DNA of 64,000 bases from Chrysomallon squamiferum (taxonomy: Eukaryota > Animalia > Mollusca): assembly GCA_012295275.1 (NCBI GenBank), contig CM022673.1, positions 30,070,001 through 30,134,000 of the forward strand, in the 5' to 3' direction. A program made the position numbers and the translations under genes. This document shows positions 12,796 through 24,986 of this stretch, piece by piece; positions within the stretch are counted from its first letter, which is position 1, and each line of letters begins with the position of its first letter. The notes under the pieces are model-generated. The model worked only from the letters and a program-made list of their open reading frames with translations. It was not told the DNA's origin and did no database searches.

Positions 12796-14366
12796 AGAAA
12801 AAGATGATAGAAATATAAAAATACAAAGAGAAAGGAGGAATAAGATAGTCTAGACAGTGAGTAGAGAGCGGACGGGTGGGGGGAGAGACAGGGATCGACT
12901 GGGGCAGAGTCAGGCAGATGAAAGTATATAAATATTAGTTATAGGAATGGTTATGTACCTTGGTTCAGCAGTTTTTACTGCTTTTTCTAAAAAAATCTTC
13001 ACCGCATTACATTATTGGATTGCTCTAGGTAGATGGAGCAAAATGCAATATTCACAAACCATTTAACGTATACTTTCGGAAACAGAATGATCAAGAAATA
13101 CAAACCAATCAAAACAACACTTAGTGTCTGTACACATGTCGTGTTCTCCTTTGAGTTTTCCTGTTAGTTCTCCAACGTCCATGAAATATTTAAAAACAAC
13201 GCTTTAAATTCTTGATTTAAAAACAGGAATAGTTGTATATATGTGCTTTTTCGAGAGATATATATTTTAAATGTTAACCATGAAAGAAAAAGATTATATA
13301 CACAGGATGAGAGAGAAACCGAACGTGAGATACGAACAAACAGACACGCAGCTTGAATCCGCAAATCCGCATGTTCATTATAAAATATAAAGAAAACCCA
13401 AGAACGAGGTGGTTTAATAGATGACTAAACTTTGGTGAATAGCAGTAAAGGGCTTCAGCAGTTTTAAGTGACACTAGTTTTTAAAAGAACTCTACATTAT
13501 GAATACATCTTCAAAGACTTCCCATCTTGTTTAATATTATTTTCTAATGTAATTCCAATTGATACTTTGTTTTTAACAATTAAATTTTGCGGCAGGGTCT
13601 ACTACGGCTTCTAATTCAGTGTCATTGATTTTAATACGAGCGCTTTTTGCCTCTGGCTCAAATACGGGTTCGCAGATTGTCGTTTCTGGTGATCGCCAAG
13701 TACTAAACTGATAATGAACTCGTGTTTAAGATAATTATAATGTGTAGCACTTAGATCGAACAAAAATCCGTAGATGATAACGGATGAAATATATTCAAAG
13801 TCGATGATGTGTGTGTATATATGTGTGTTTGTAAATGTGTGTGAGTGTGTATTTGTATGTTTTGTTCATTTTAAGTTCACAGCATTCTAAAACTTCATAT
13901 CGGCTTCGAAATTTAAAATAAATATACTGAACTAAAAAGAAAAAATTAATACATATATGCACCCATATTGATAAAGCATTAAGTTTCACGATCGCTGTGG
14001 ATTGTTAGAAAATATATTCTAAAATAATTAGTTTTGTATGGATTTTACGTTTGTGTTACAATATTTAACGAAATTAGGCCTTATAAGTTACTGTATTTAC
14101 CCGAGTATAACTCAGATAGGTAAACAGAAAACATACGAGATAGAGACCATTAAAATGTAGAAACCAGTACAACAGCAGTGAGATAGATCTAAATACAGGC
14201 CAAAATAACAATGTCAGAATAAAGGCCAAGGTAACACGAAAATACTGAAACCAGCTGAGGCCAATGAAACAATAAACAGCAAAGTCTTCAAATTAATAAC
14301 AGCATAACAGAGAGCAGAATAATGAATCAAGGTAACAAAGAGTTCAGTATATCAACATCGACAGAG

Positions 14367-14769
14367 CATAGTAGTCTGCACGAAATTACAACGATGACAT
14401 AGTAGTCTGCACGACATTACAACGATGACATAGTAGTCTGCACGACATTACAACGATGACATAGTAGTCTGCACGACATTACAACGATGACATAGTAGTC
14501 TGCACGACATTACAACGGAGACATAGTAGTCTGCACGACATTACAACGGAGACATAGTAGTCTGCACGACATTACAACGATGACATAGTAGTCTGCACGA
14601 CATTACAACGATGACATAGTAGTCTGCACGACATTACAACGATGACATAGTAGTCTGCATGACATTACACCGATGACATAGTAGTCTGCATGACATTACA
14701 GCGATGACATAGTAGTCTGCACGACATTACAACGATGACATAGTAGTCTGCATGACATTACAACGATGA
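14367..14769. repeat. 31-bp minisatellite, 13 copies
   Basis: Unit CATAGTAGTCTGCACGACATTACAACGATGA is head-to-tail and near-identical across copies. Confidence 0.97.
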
Positions 14770-16733
14770 CAAAGTGACAACTTCACAGCAGCTGGAACTG
14801 CTGGTTAAGACAGCAGAATGTTCAAGCAGCTTGACAACTTTGATCAGAGACATATTGATTTTTTTCCTATTTGAAATATTTAATTAGAAATGGTTGCTAA
14901 GAAATAGCACATTTTAAAAGAACTTTTGAAAGCTTGTTAAATTTCTGTGCATTTTTATTTATATCTGCTTTGAAGGATATATATTTTTTTCCTTTATCTA
15001 ATTTTTTTCTCTTTTTTTTTTTATGGAATGAAATCAAAGATTTTTTAAATAAAAATATAAAAGAAAATAATAATTTCAATTTAAAGTTGTCAGGTGAAAA
15101 ACAGATATATTTAGAACAGCTGAAAACATGTACAAAGGTTAAACTAATACATATAAAAAATATGCTTGTAGTGTAATATTAAATCAGACCAAAATAAAAC
15201 AACAACAAACACAAGAAAATAAAAACAAGAACACGATCCAGAATAACCAGAGCAAAAACAAAACCAGTATAAAAAAAACATCTGAAACAGAAACCAAATT
15301 TTAATTTGCCGTAAAACACATGATAATAATAAAATAAATAAAAATAAAATTTAAGTCACAATTGAATTTTAAAGAAAGAAAAGAATTTAATTAAAAAAAA
15401 AAAAGAAGAAAATAAAGAAAGAAAATGAAAAATGAAAAAGTAGAACACATAAAAACTCAGTTTTCATTTCATTTTTAGTAACATTAGCTTTAATCAGAAC
15501 TTCAACTGTTTTAAAATTACGTACATTCGTGTACACTATAAGTTTTCACGTTAAATATTTTTATTTATGTTTACTTACATGTAAGTTCGAAGACCAGTAA
15601 TTTCCAGTTCTTACACGCATTCCCAATACCGAGACGGTTATACGTAGAAAATAATTATTGATTAATGTAAATAACTTTAATGGTAATAAAAAAAATTGTT
15701 AGGGGTTTTACAAATAGTGATGGCAGTCGTATTTCCAACGATAAACTGATGTCGTTTTAATATTTTGTGTTAAACAGAATATAATGGATGAAATATACTG
15801 AATGTTAAAACACACGTTTCCTTTGTTTGTTTGTATTTTTAGGTGGGTTTTTTAAATGACAATAAAAATATTTTAGAATTCTATTATTTCTGCATGTTAA
15901 TTTTAATGTGTACAAGAATACCTTTTTATTCATTGATATGTTTTCGTTTTATTATTTTCTTTATTATTCTGGTTGTTGATGCTGTTATTACTATCATTAT
16001 GTGGTTTTTGTTTTATTGTTATGCTTTTTTATTAAAAGTAAATAAATAAATAAATAAAAGAGGAACAAATTTATTATCTTTATTATTATTATTACTATTA
16101 TTATTATTATTACTGTTGTTGTTGTTGTTGTTATTGTTGTTGATATTACTGTTGTTGCTGTTGATGTTGTTCCTGCTATCATCATAATTAGCATCACATA
16201 TTTATTGTTAAAAACGTTATATATAGCGCATCTAGATAACGACTTGTAGTTAAAGGATATTTATCTGGTTGGAAATATCGCTTTTTGGATGTGACCTATA
16301 TACTAACTGTCAGGTGAATATTAATTTAGTCATCATTACTGTGTGAGGCAGATTGATAATATATTTGCTGGTCAATGGCCAGTGTGTTTGTTATAAATCA
16401 GCATTAAATATTTACGTTCGTGTTATTTGAATGTGAAGAAGAAGAAGAAAAGGAAGAAGAAAGAGAAATAAGTAAAATAACTACATCTATTTATATAAAT
16501 AGATCTACGTTCCATCGTTTTATGCATGTATATTAAACGTCATTCTATTATTACGTCATAAACGAAAGCCTTTGACGTCGACTAAATAAGTCGATGGAAA
16601 ATGTGTTTATTATAGCTGTCTATCTTTCCCTCCTGTTTCCAAGGCAATATAAACTGTTTTTATTAGTAATTTATATAATACTGCTGCTGATGATGTTGAT
16701 TGTAACACCAACAACATCAATAACAACATAACA

Positions 16734-17155
16734 ACTCCTTCTGCTTCAGTATTGTACATATCGTAAAGTATTACGCTCGTACTGTCAAGCCATGTTGACT
16801 ACGCACACACCTCGCTCATGTTTTTCTATGATTTCATGCTTTAGTTCAATGAACGTCATCCGCTTCTTCTTCTCAGCACTGTCCTTGTACTCACTCCCTT
16901 AGGGTCCATGGAAATTTGGCAAGCACAAAACGCGAGCACAACACAACAGAGATGCTTCCACGTAAAGCAAACGAGTGAGATGCGGGATGCTGGGCGGATG
17001 TTGTGTTGTTCGTTGTGCCAACTAGCGGCGGCGTATCTGAAGTTCGCTCGTAACTCGGATTTTGATTCGCAACTCATAGCAAAAAATCGACCTTGCGACT
17101 ACTCGTAACTCGGAAAACTCGTAAGTTGGGGCACTCGTAACTCGAGGTACATCTG
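16734..17155 (-). mobile_element. Truncated Tigger/pogo-family DNA transposon (one end plus disrupted transposase N-terminus)
   Basis: Closely similar to 40875-41279. It ends in TIR-like CTCGTAACTCGAGGTACATCTG followed by TA. The minus strand encodes a frameshifted MDPK...IELKHEIIEKHERGVCVVNMA*QYERNT/TICTILKQKE, a CENP-B/psq-type HTH of TIGD1-like transposases. Confidence 0.88.
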
Positions 17156-18985
17156 TAGTTTCTGTTTTAATGTGTGTATGTGTGTGTGTGTGTATGTGCG
17201 TGTGTATGTATGTGCGTGTGCGTGTGTGTAAATCAATATATATAAATCACTAAAAGCAAGACAAAAGTTCCATGAGATATTATAGGCCTGTTAGAGATTA
17301 ACGGGTGTGATTTGTTCTAAACATACATCTCACGAAATATTAATGTTTATTTCAAAAAAATACATTTCATATTAAATATTAATTATACGCAGATCAACGT
17401 TTTATAAAAAATACAATAAAATAGGTTCTATAAATAAATAAGTTCTGAATATTAACTGTCTGTAGGTTTTGCAAAAAGCTGTAGGAGGAGTAATAGACAG
17501 ATCAGTTTAAATAAGATTTTGGAAAGGGAATGAAACACATTAATAAGGTAAAGATTGTAAGAAATCGGAAATAAATGATTATTTTTAACAATATACTGTA
17601 CATTTAAACTCTAGCTGTATAAAGGTTGTTGTTTTTTGTTTGTTTTTTTGTTTGTTGGGCTAGAGGAATAAAAGATTCCGAGATCAAACATTAATTAAGG
17701 AGAATAAAAAGCAAATCGCGAATATCCACACTACCCGAAAAACATACAGAGTATAAATCTTCTCTTTTTCAAAAACTCGTAAAAATATCTTATTACCGTC
17801 CTTTTTATTGTAAACGTGTTTTCTTGAACTTCCTATCATTATTTTCTTTATTATTTTACAAAATAAACAACAGTGTGACTCCATGCAAATCCCCTTCTTC
17901 AAAAGTTAATTGAAGCCTACGAAAATCCCCTGCAGAAATTTAGTCTGCTTTTACTATGCACTGGCAGACACAAGAGTTGCTCATTAAACTAGTCTTGATC
18001 TTGAAGAAAACGAAAAAAAAAAAAAAAAGACGAGAGAAAGATGTTAAATTTGAATAATATGAAGAAAGAAAACAGTAAGGAAGGTTATTCCTGAATAACA
18101 GAAAATGAAATATAAAAAATATAGCGTAATTTTAAGTTTAAGGAGGGGAGATAATTAGAGAGACAAAATTCGCACCTTTGTCTGTTGCAGTAATAAAAGA
18201 CAGTAGCAACGACAATAAGAATAACGTCAAGCAGCAACAACAAAAAATTTCCTGCTGAAAAAACAGACACCCACAACACGAACATTTTTTTTTTTTTTTT
18301 TAAATAAAATGTTTATTAAGATTAAATGACGAAAACAAAACAACTCCAGCAATACGCATTTATGGAACAGCTGACAACAGTTATATATATGTAAATAATT
18401 GTTGTCAGTTTATCCGTAAATAATGAGTGTATATATATATAAACACACACACACACACATACACACACACACACACACACATAGTGAATAACCGGTCACT
18501 GTCTTATAATGTAGACAGGCGCGCTCAAACGAACACGCAAAGGTACCTACTCATCATACTGCCACTCTATCATTGCACTTGTTCCACTCTAGGTAACCGA
18601 AAACAATAATTTTAATGAAGTTTTGAAGGAATCGTAAATATCTTATTATTTCACAGACATGAAGTACGCGTGGATGATATACTGTTTCAGGTTAATTCAA
18701 AATCTTACTTGAGTCCCAGAAAATGCTAAGTTTTGAAATGATTTTTACCTTGGAAAGCTTGATTAATTATGTAATTAATTATCTGCTTCTTTTCCTAAAA
18801 ATTATTTTGGATTACGAAATTATATATCGTAAAAATTAATATTTTACATAGTGTAGGATTTCGAAACATATTAAACGCATAAAAAATAACGTATTATAAT
18901 TAACTAATAACTGTAATTAAATTAATCTGCACTTTCTGTGTACACTGTCGTCTGCCATTCTCAGCGAAACGAATCATGTTAACAG

Positions 18986-19522
18986 CATCACTGTGGCGTA
19001 TTATTAATATACTGAAGTACATTAGAGATACATCACTGTGGCGTATTATTAATATGCTGAAGTACATCAGAGATACATCACTGTGGCGTATTATTAATAT
19101 GCTGAAGTACATCAGAGATACATCACTGTGGCGCATTATTAATATACTGAAGTACATCAGAGATACATCACTGTGGCGTATTATTAATATGCTGAAGTAC
19201 ATCAGAGATACATCACTGTGGCGTATTATTAATATGCTGAAGTACATCAGAGATACATCACTGTGGCGTATTATTAATATGCTGAAGTACATCAGAGATA
19301 CATCACTGTGGCGTATTATTAATATGCTGAAGTACATTAGAGATACATTATTGTGGCGTATTATTAATATACTGAAGTACATCAGAGATACATTATTGTG
19401 GCGTATTATTAATATGCTGAAGTACATCAGAGATACATTATTGTGGCGTATTATTAATATACTGAAGTACATCAGAGATACATTATTGTGGCGTATTATT
19501 AATATACATTAGAGATACATTA
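18986..19522. repeat. 45-bp minisatellite, 11 full copies plus a deleted 12th
   Basis: Unit CATCACTGTGGCGTATTATTAATATGCTGAAGTACATCAGAGATA gives the 15-aa repeat ORFs on both strands. Confidence 0.97.
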
Positions 19523-19972
19523 CTATGAAACGAACCATACATTTTATTATGATGTAATGAACTTAATTTTCCTTTACTCAATGTCATATCTCTGTGTGAT
19601 ACTGTGTTGTGTATATGTGCAGTTCTGTTAAATCTGGCAGTGACAGGAAGAGGTGAATTATTTACGTACGCAACACATTTATAATGTGTCAATCATACGG
19701 TAGCAATAAACAGAGGAAATGAGTTGCCATGACAATAATGGCGTTAGATGGACAGTCGCCATTTTAACCTCCGTGAAGTTGGAAAGTTGTACAAAGTTTT
19801 GGTAGTGATTGGAAATTCCCATCTTCATCGGATTCTGAAAGGCAACACTGCAGTTTTTGACTAGGTATCCTGATATATGAATGGAACATAATACTACAAT
19901 CACATTATTGTATATAGTATTTGTACGTGTGTATGTGTGTGGTAATGTGTCTGTTTATGTATGTAATGTATG

Positions 19973-20033
<61 letters not shown>

Positions 20034-20360
20034 GTAATTTAGCAAGAACAAGAACTTATTACTTTTATGTGGTAACAATAAAACCTCTTTTAATTGAGGA
20101 AACTAAATGTTAAAAAAGGAAATGACGGTAGTTTGGAAATAAAAGCCGATTCTCATCGCTGATCTTGTTGTCTAACTGTGAGTACAACAGTACATTGCGA
20201 TAACAATGAATAAGTGTTAAATTTGTAATATGTTTCCATAACGAAACTTTAACGAATATTCAGATATCCTCTCAACTTTATCTGTCTTTTTATATGGGTA
20301 CACTGGTAAATACATATGAGTGTGTAGTGCAGAATTATGTATGAGTGAGCATGTATACTT

Positions 20361-20865
20361 GGGGATAAAGATAAATCGCGATCAGTCTCAAGATTAACAA
20401 TCTTTAGCACTTCCATTCGACTGTTTCCAAATCCAGCTTGAACGTGTTTACAAAAGACTGTGATGTACGCTTTCCTGTTTACGGAAGATGACAAATAAAA
20501 TAACTGAAGTTGTTTATCGAAAAGAGTAAAACTGTGGCTGCAGTGGATTCTTTTTAGAAAATCTGTGTAGTCTTTAAACAATAATGGTGCCATATATCCG
20601 TGTATGATTGTGAGCGGAATGCATGGTTAAAAAATCAACAACAACAAAAAAAAGAAAACAAAAAAAGAATAAAAATAAAAATAAATAAAAACATTATTTC
20701 TTCGGTCACTTTTTTATCTTGGGCTTAGGAAATTCGACTTTTAGGTCTTGAGATGAGTAATGATTGATCATTATTTACTTTTTCTTGACCTTTTGCATCT
20801 GAGTGTTTAATGTCTTTCTGAGAACTTTAATACTCTTTTGTTGTCTGACCGATAACTTTTATTTT
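20361..20865 (+). repeat. Dispersed ~500-bp repeat, copy 1 (unclassified interspersed element or local duplication)
   Basis: Aligns by eye, in the same orientation, to 49965-50420, with long identical runs such as GATCAGTCTCAAGATTAACAATCTTTAGCACTTCCATTCGACTGTTTCCAAATCCAGCTTGAAC. Confidence 0.92.
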
Positions 20866-21345
20866 TTTAATTCTATATTTAGAAAACAATGTCACAATTT
20901 TATTATTTTCCAAAAGATATAATAATTTTCGTGGGTATTTTTCTTTGTGTATACCTTTAAAATTATTCTAATTTAGCACATGATACTTCATGCATATGAA
21001 GATTTTTGTCTATATGCTAAATATATGTATCCATATTATGCATGTATATATGTGTGTTTAAGTGTTGGTATGTATGTATGTGTCAAAGTGTGTGTTTTAT
21101 GTGATTATATTTCAGTGTGTGTAATCATGTGTGTATGAATATCTATGTGGATTTGTAAAATATATGTAAGTCTTCTTCGTTGTTTATCACAGACAGTATC
21201 TGCCTTTCACCCTCTAAATGTCACATATAAATAATTTATTATATTTCAGTAGAGTTCAAAGACTCTGTAGTGTGTTTTAATGAATCTCTTATCAAAAACT
21301 GACTGGTTATAGTTATGATTATTTAAAGTTTTTTGGCAGTTAATC

Positions 21346-21348
<3 letters not shown>

Positions 21349-21437
<89 letters not shown>
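21349..21437. repeat. (CT)n microsatellite
   Basis: Direct reading. Confidence 0.97.
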
Positions 21438-21441
<4 letters not shown>

Positions 21442-21559
21442 TTATGAATGAATAATACTAAATAATTGAATGTTTAAAAATTAATGTTTGTTAAATAGTT
21501 ACGAGAAACATATATGAAAGTTCTTCATAGATTACATGTAAGTACGTGTTCTTGAAACA

Positions 21560-22631
21560 AGCACAGTAAACTCAGCGGGGAGTATTGATCCTGGTTGTTA
21601 TTAAGCCCCAGCCCAGTGTCTAACAGCTTTTACCTTCCCTGTCATCAGAACGTTAATAACACTACTAGAGCTCGTTCAACACGTCGACCCTAACTGACTG
21701 AACCAATGAAATTAAACGGCATCACCGACACCATTCGTGACCATCCAACTCATGAAAACAGATTAAACATCATCATGTACTCGCCCACGATGCTATCGCC
21801 TTCTTTGTGTTCTAATTACGAGCCGCAACTTTTCTGAACACATCGGTGTATTTCCCTCCCCATCTAAGAGAGCATTAGTATCGAAGTCAAAGCAAATAAA
21901 CAGCTCTTTTCATGTTGTAGTTAAATATGACGTTCTCGTCATTCTGGTTATCACTGAATATATTGACCGGTTAGGTGTAAAATACAGACGAATCACGAAG
22001 TGTGTTGTTTAAGAGGCCGGCTATTGGCAGACAGGCTGCTGTATTGCACTGAGTGTCCGCGCTGTTTCTTTATAGAAACCTGCCAGCCAAACTTACAACA
22101 CGTTTTTGTATGGTAGAAAGGATAAGAGAGCTTGTATCATCTATATGTTATAATTATATGCCTGTTGTTTCTTGGTAACTCCGGATTCTTTTTCGCCTAA
22201 GTTACTTGTAGTATGTTTCTACGGTGTGTGTTTTTACCTATAATAATTCATTGTTTCTGGCTGTGTGGCAATACTGTAATAGTAAGCAAGAAAAACAATA
22301 ACTTTTCAAAATGATGAAGCGTAAAATGTACATCGAAGTTTGAACAAAATGTCAAAACTTTTGTTCAATGCAATTCTAACAGCGTTATATGCCACATCTG
22401 TATTTCACAACTGCCGAGAAATCTAATTCCATCTTTTTAAATTCTTTCTTTTTTTCCCACCCATTTTATAAATGTGAGCACATTTTTTGCTGAAGAGAAA
22501 AAGTTGCAGGTTATAAGAAACTTCCACTACATTTTTGTAAAAAGGAACAGAAGACTTGAAGAATTGATTTTTCTCTTCCCTGATTAAGAATTTGGTCACC
22601 GTGGAATTTTACATCCGAGTAGCACGACCTG
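21560..22631 (+). promoter_or_regulatory. Putative promoter and 5' UTR of the exon at 22632
   Basis: Repeat-free, locally GC/CpG-richer block. It has an inverted CCAAT box (ATTGG, 22023-22027) and a TATA-like TTTATAGAA near 22069, directly upstream of an ATG exon. Confidence 0.4.
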
Positions 22632-22716
22632 ATGGAGACCTCTATGGACATCGTCTTTGTGGACAACTCAACTCTTGATGATGAAGAATGTGACTGGCCT
22701 GATCCTAAACCTGAAG
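22632..22716 (+). CDS. Probable first coding exon of an unidentified spliced gene (METSMDIVFVDNSTLDDEECDWPDPKPE + 1 nt)
   Basis: ATG is preceded by an in-frame TAG at 22620-22622. There are 28 codons of complex, GC-richer, protein-like acidic sequence, a donor AAG|GTATGA at 22717 (phase 1), and an abrupt change to T-rich intron-like sequence. Confidence 0.65.
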
Positions 22717-23404
22717 GTATGAATTTTATATTTAGTTATTGTTTTAGCAGTTGCTGTTGTTGATGTTTTATATCTGGTTTTTGTTGTTGTTGACCTTTTA
22801 TATCTGATGTTATATCAATAGTAATAAACATCGTGTTTCTTACCATGTCCACTGTTACAGAAATAGCCTCCTTATAAACATCTAATACAAACCACTAAGA
22901 ATATTATTTTGTGTACAATAGACACTGTCAAAAACCGGTCAGTAAAATGTTTAACAAACTGTTCGCAAACTAATTGATTTGAATGGAAGATGTGTAGGCT
23001 ATTTGCATAATGATATGAAAAAAAAAAACAACACCCCCCCAAAAAACAAAATCTGGCCCCAAAACAAAACAAATAAATAAGGCCCAACAACGGCAACCAA
23101 AAAACCCCAAACAACAACAACAACAATACTACAAATAACAAAACAAAAGAAAACAAACAAACAATAATAACCATCTTTTATTAATAAAGAGAAAAAGAAC
23201 TTTTGCATGCCACTTATTACAACGTGAAAACATATCACAGTATTTCATAAACATGGCTTACTGGCTGGAACAGGCAATTGATTAATGAGTAAACTGTCTG
23301 GGCTAATCGTTCTTATTTCTAAATTTTATGTTTTCTTTACATCATTTACCAAAAAGTGTACTTAAAAAGAAGTGAAATGACTTCTTCCATGTTTTTTTCG
23401 CCAG

Positions 23405-23412
23405 AGAACTGG
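23405..23412 (+). CDS. Candidate 8-nt coding microexon (AGAACTGG)
   Basis: Acceptor tgacttcttccatgtttttttcgccAG and consensus donor GTAAGT at 23413. Spliced to 22716 it reads GAG AAC TGG (E-N-W) with no stop and ends in phase 0. Confidence 0.5.
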
Positions 23413-24952
23413 GTAAGTATCACACTTTATTATTAGAAAAGGTACAAATAAATAATGGGAAGTAATCGAAAGTATATAAAAAATATAAAATACATTTGTT
23501 TGTACCAGCATAATGTTGACAGTCTGTTTAGTCTTTCATATTTCTTTTTCTTTTCATTTAGATTTAACCAATTTCGGAGACATTATTATAAAAAAATATT
23601 GTACTGCAGATACAACCCCCCCCCCGAAAAAAAAAACCGGTCGTTCATTAAACATTTTTTCGTTGATTATTTAAAGCTTAATTTTCTCTAGTTTATTCGT
23701 TTATTCTAGTATATTAGTCATAATGCTGGTACAAACAAATATATTTTACATGCTTTATTGTAGTCAAGATTGGTCGTTAAATATTATAATGGAAGTATGA
23801 AAATTACATTTAAACTTCTGTTTCAAAAATGCTATTATTTATCGCATTTCATCGTACCATATCAAAAGTTAATCCTCTTTTTTTTTTTTTTTTTTGCATT
23901 ACAGATTGTCTTATTTAGGCAATCTATTAGTGCCATCGCAGTAACAATTATTTAGGCCAAGTGTTCATACCATCACAGTTAGTTTTATTTTCGACACGTA
24001 TTCTTATTGTATTACAAATAATTTTACGTTGATATTTTGTTTGTAGCATCACCGATATCTTTGTATAAATCACAGACTATCGGTTTGCCTGCTGTATTCA
24101 GCTGTTGTTTTACAATCTCCACACACCTGTTCTCTAATCTTTCCCACCTACAACCACTACACTGTATCATTCCTATTCATTTCCACTTCTCCCGGTTTGC
24201 ATAAACACTAGCTGTTAGTAATTAAGTGTTTTTTCTTCGAAATACTTCGAGCACTATTATACTGAAAAAAAAAAGTATGAAAGAAAAAATAGAGAAGAAA
24301 TGTATATGTATGTATGTATGTACGTATGTTAACACGTGTTGCCATGTGTTCTATTGTTCTTTTTTGGGTAAACAAATTCAAGCTATTTTATCCAGATGGT
24401 TTGCGGTTCATTGTACATTTCTATGTGTTCATGGTGTTATTGTAGGAAATAAATAAAATGTTACGAAAGTTTAAACTGACATGTTCAGACTCGAAGCTGC
24501 TGAGATTACGCCCTTGTACTGACTGAGAGAGGAGACTGATACAAGATACGTCTGTTCTTTTCAGCGGCGCATTGATTCTAATGAAGAGTACAATACTTAT
24601 TATTATTATTAAAGTGTACCTACTGCATAAATATATTTTCTGTATACTTTAAAGTGATTGTTTAGGTATAGCAGAACACTAGCCTATGTTAAAAATAAAG
24701 AATGATAAAAAAGTAACACATTCACTGCAATTCACGAAGGCTGACATATTCCCTGTATTTCGTGACGTCATTTCTTACAAAGAAATGTAAATAGTAATAA
24801 AATACTACATAATCTAAAAATGTGTCATCTCAGCATACACAACTTAATCTACTTTTCATACTTCATTATTAATACTTATTGTTGACAGAATCAAAATAAA
24901 AACGTTAATATAATCTCTCTATGTGCGTAGGCTGTTTTTGTTGTTATTCTAC

Positions 24953-24986
<34 letters not shown>

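Noticed and set aside
14367-14769. CRISPR-like repeats at the 31-, 45- and 28-bp arrays
   Set aside because: Units are head-to-tail with no unique spacers, so these are ordinary minisatellites.
20249-20593. Paralogous ORFs sharing NRKAYITVF..VQAGFGNSRMEVLKIVNLETD with 49808-50101
   Set aside because: The similarity is explained by the DNA duplication. A 35-bp frame-breaking indel separates the copies and there is no recognisable domain.
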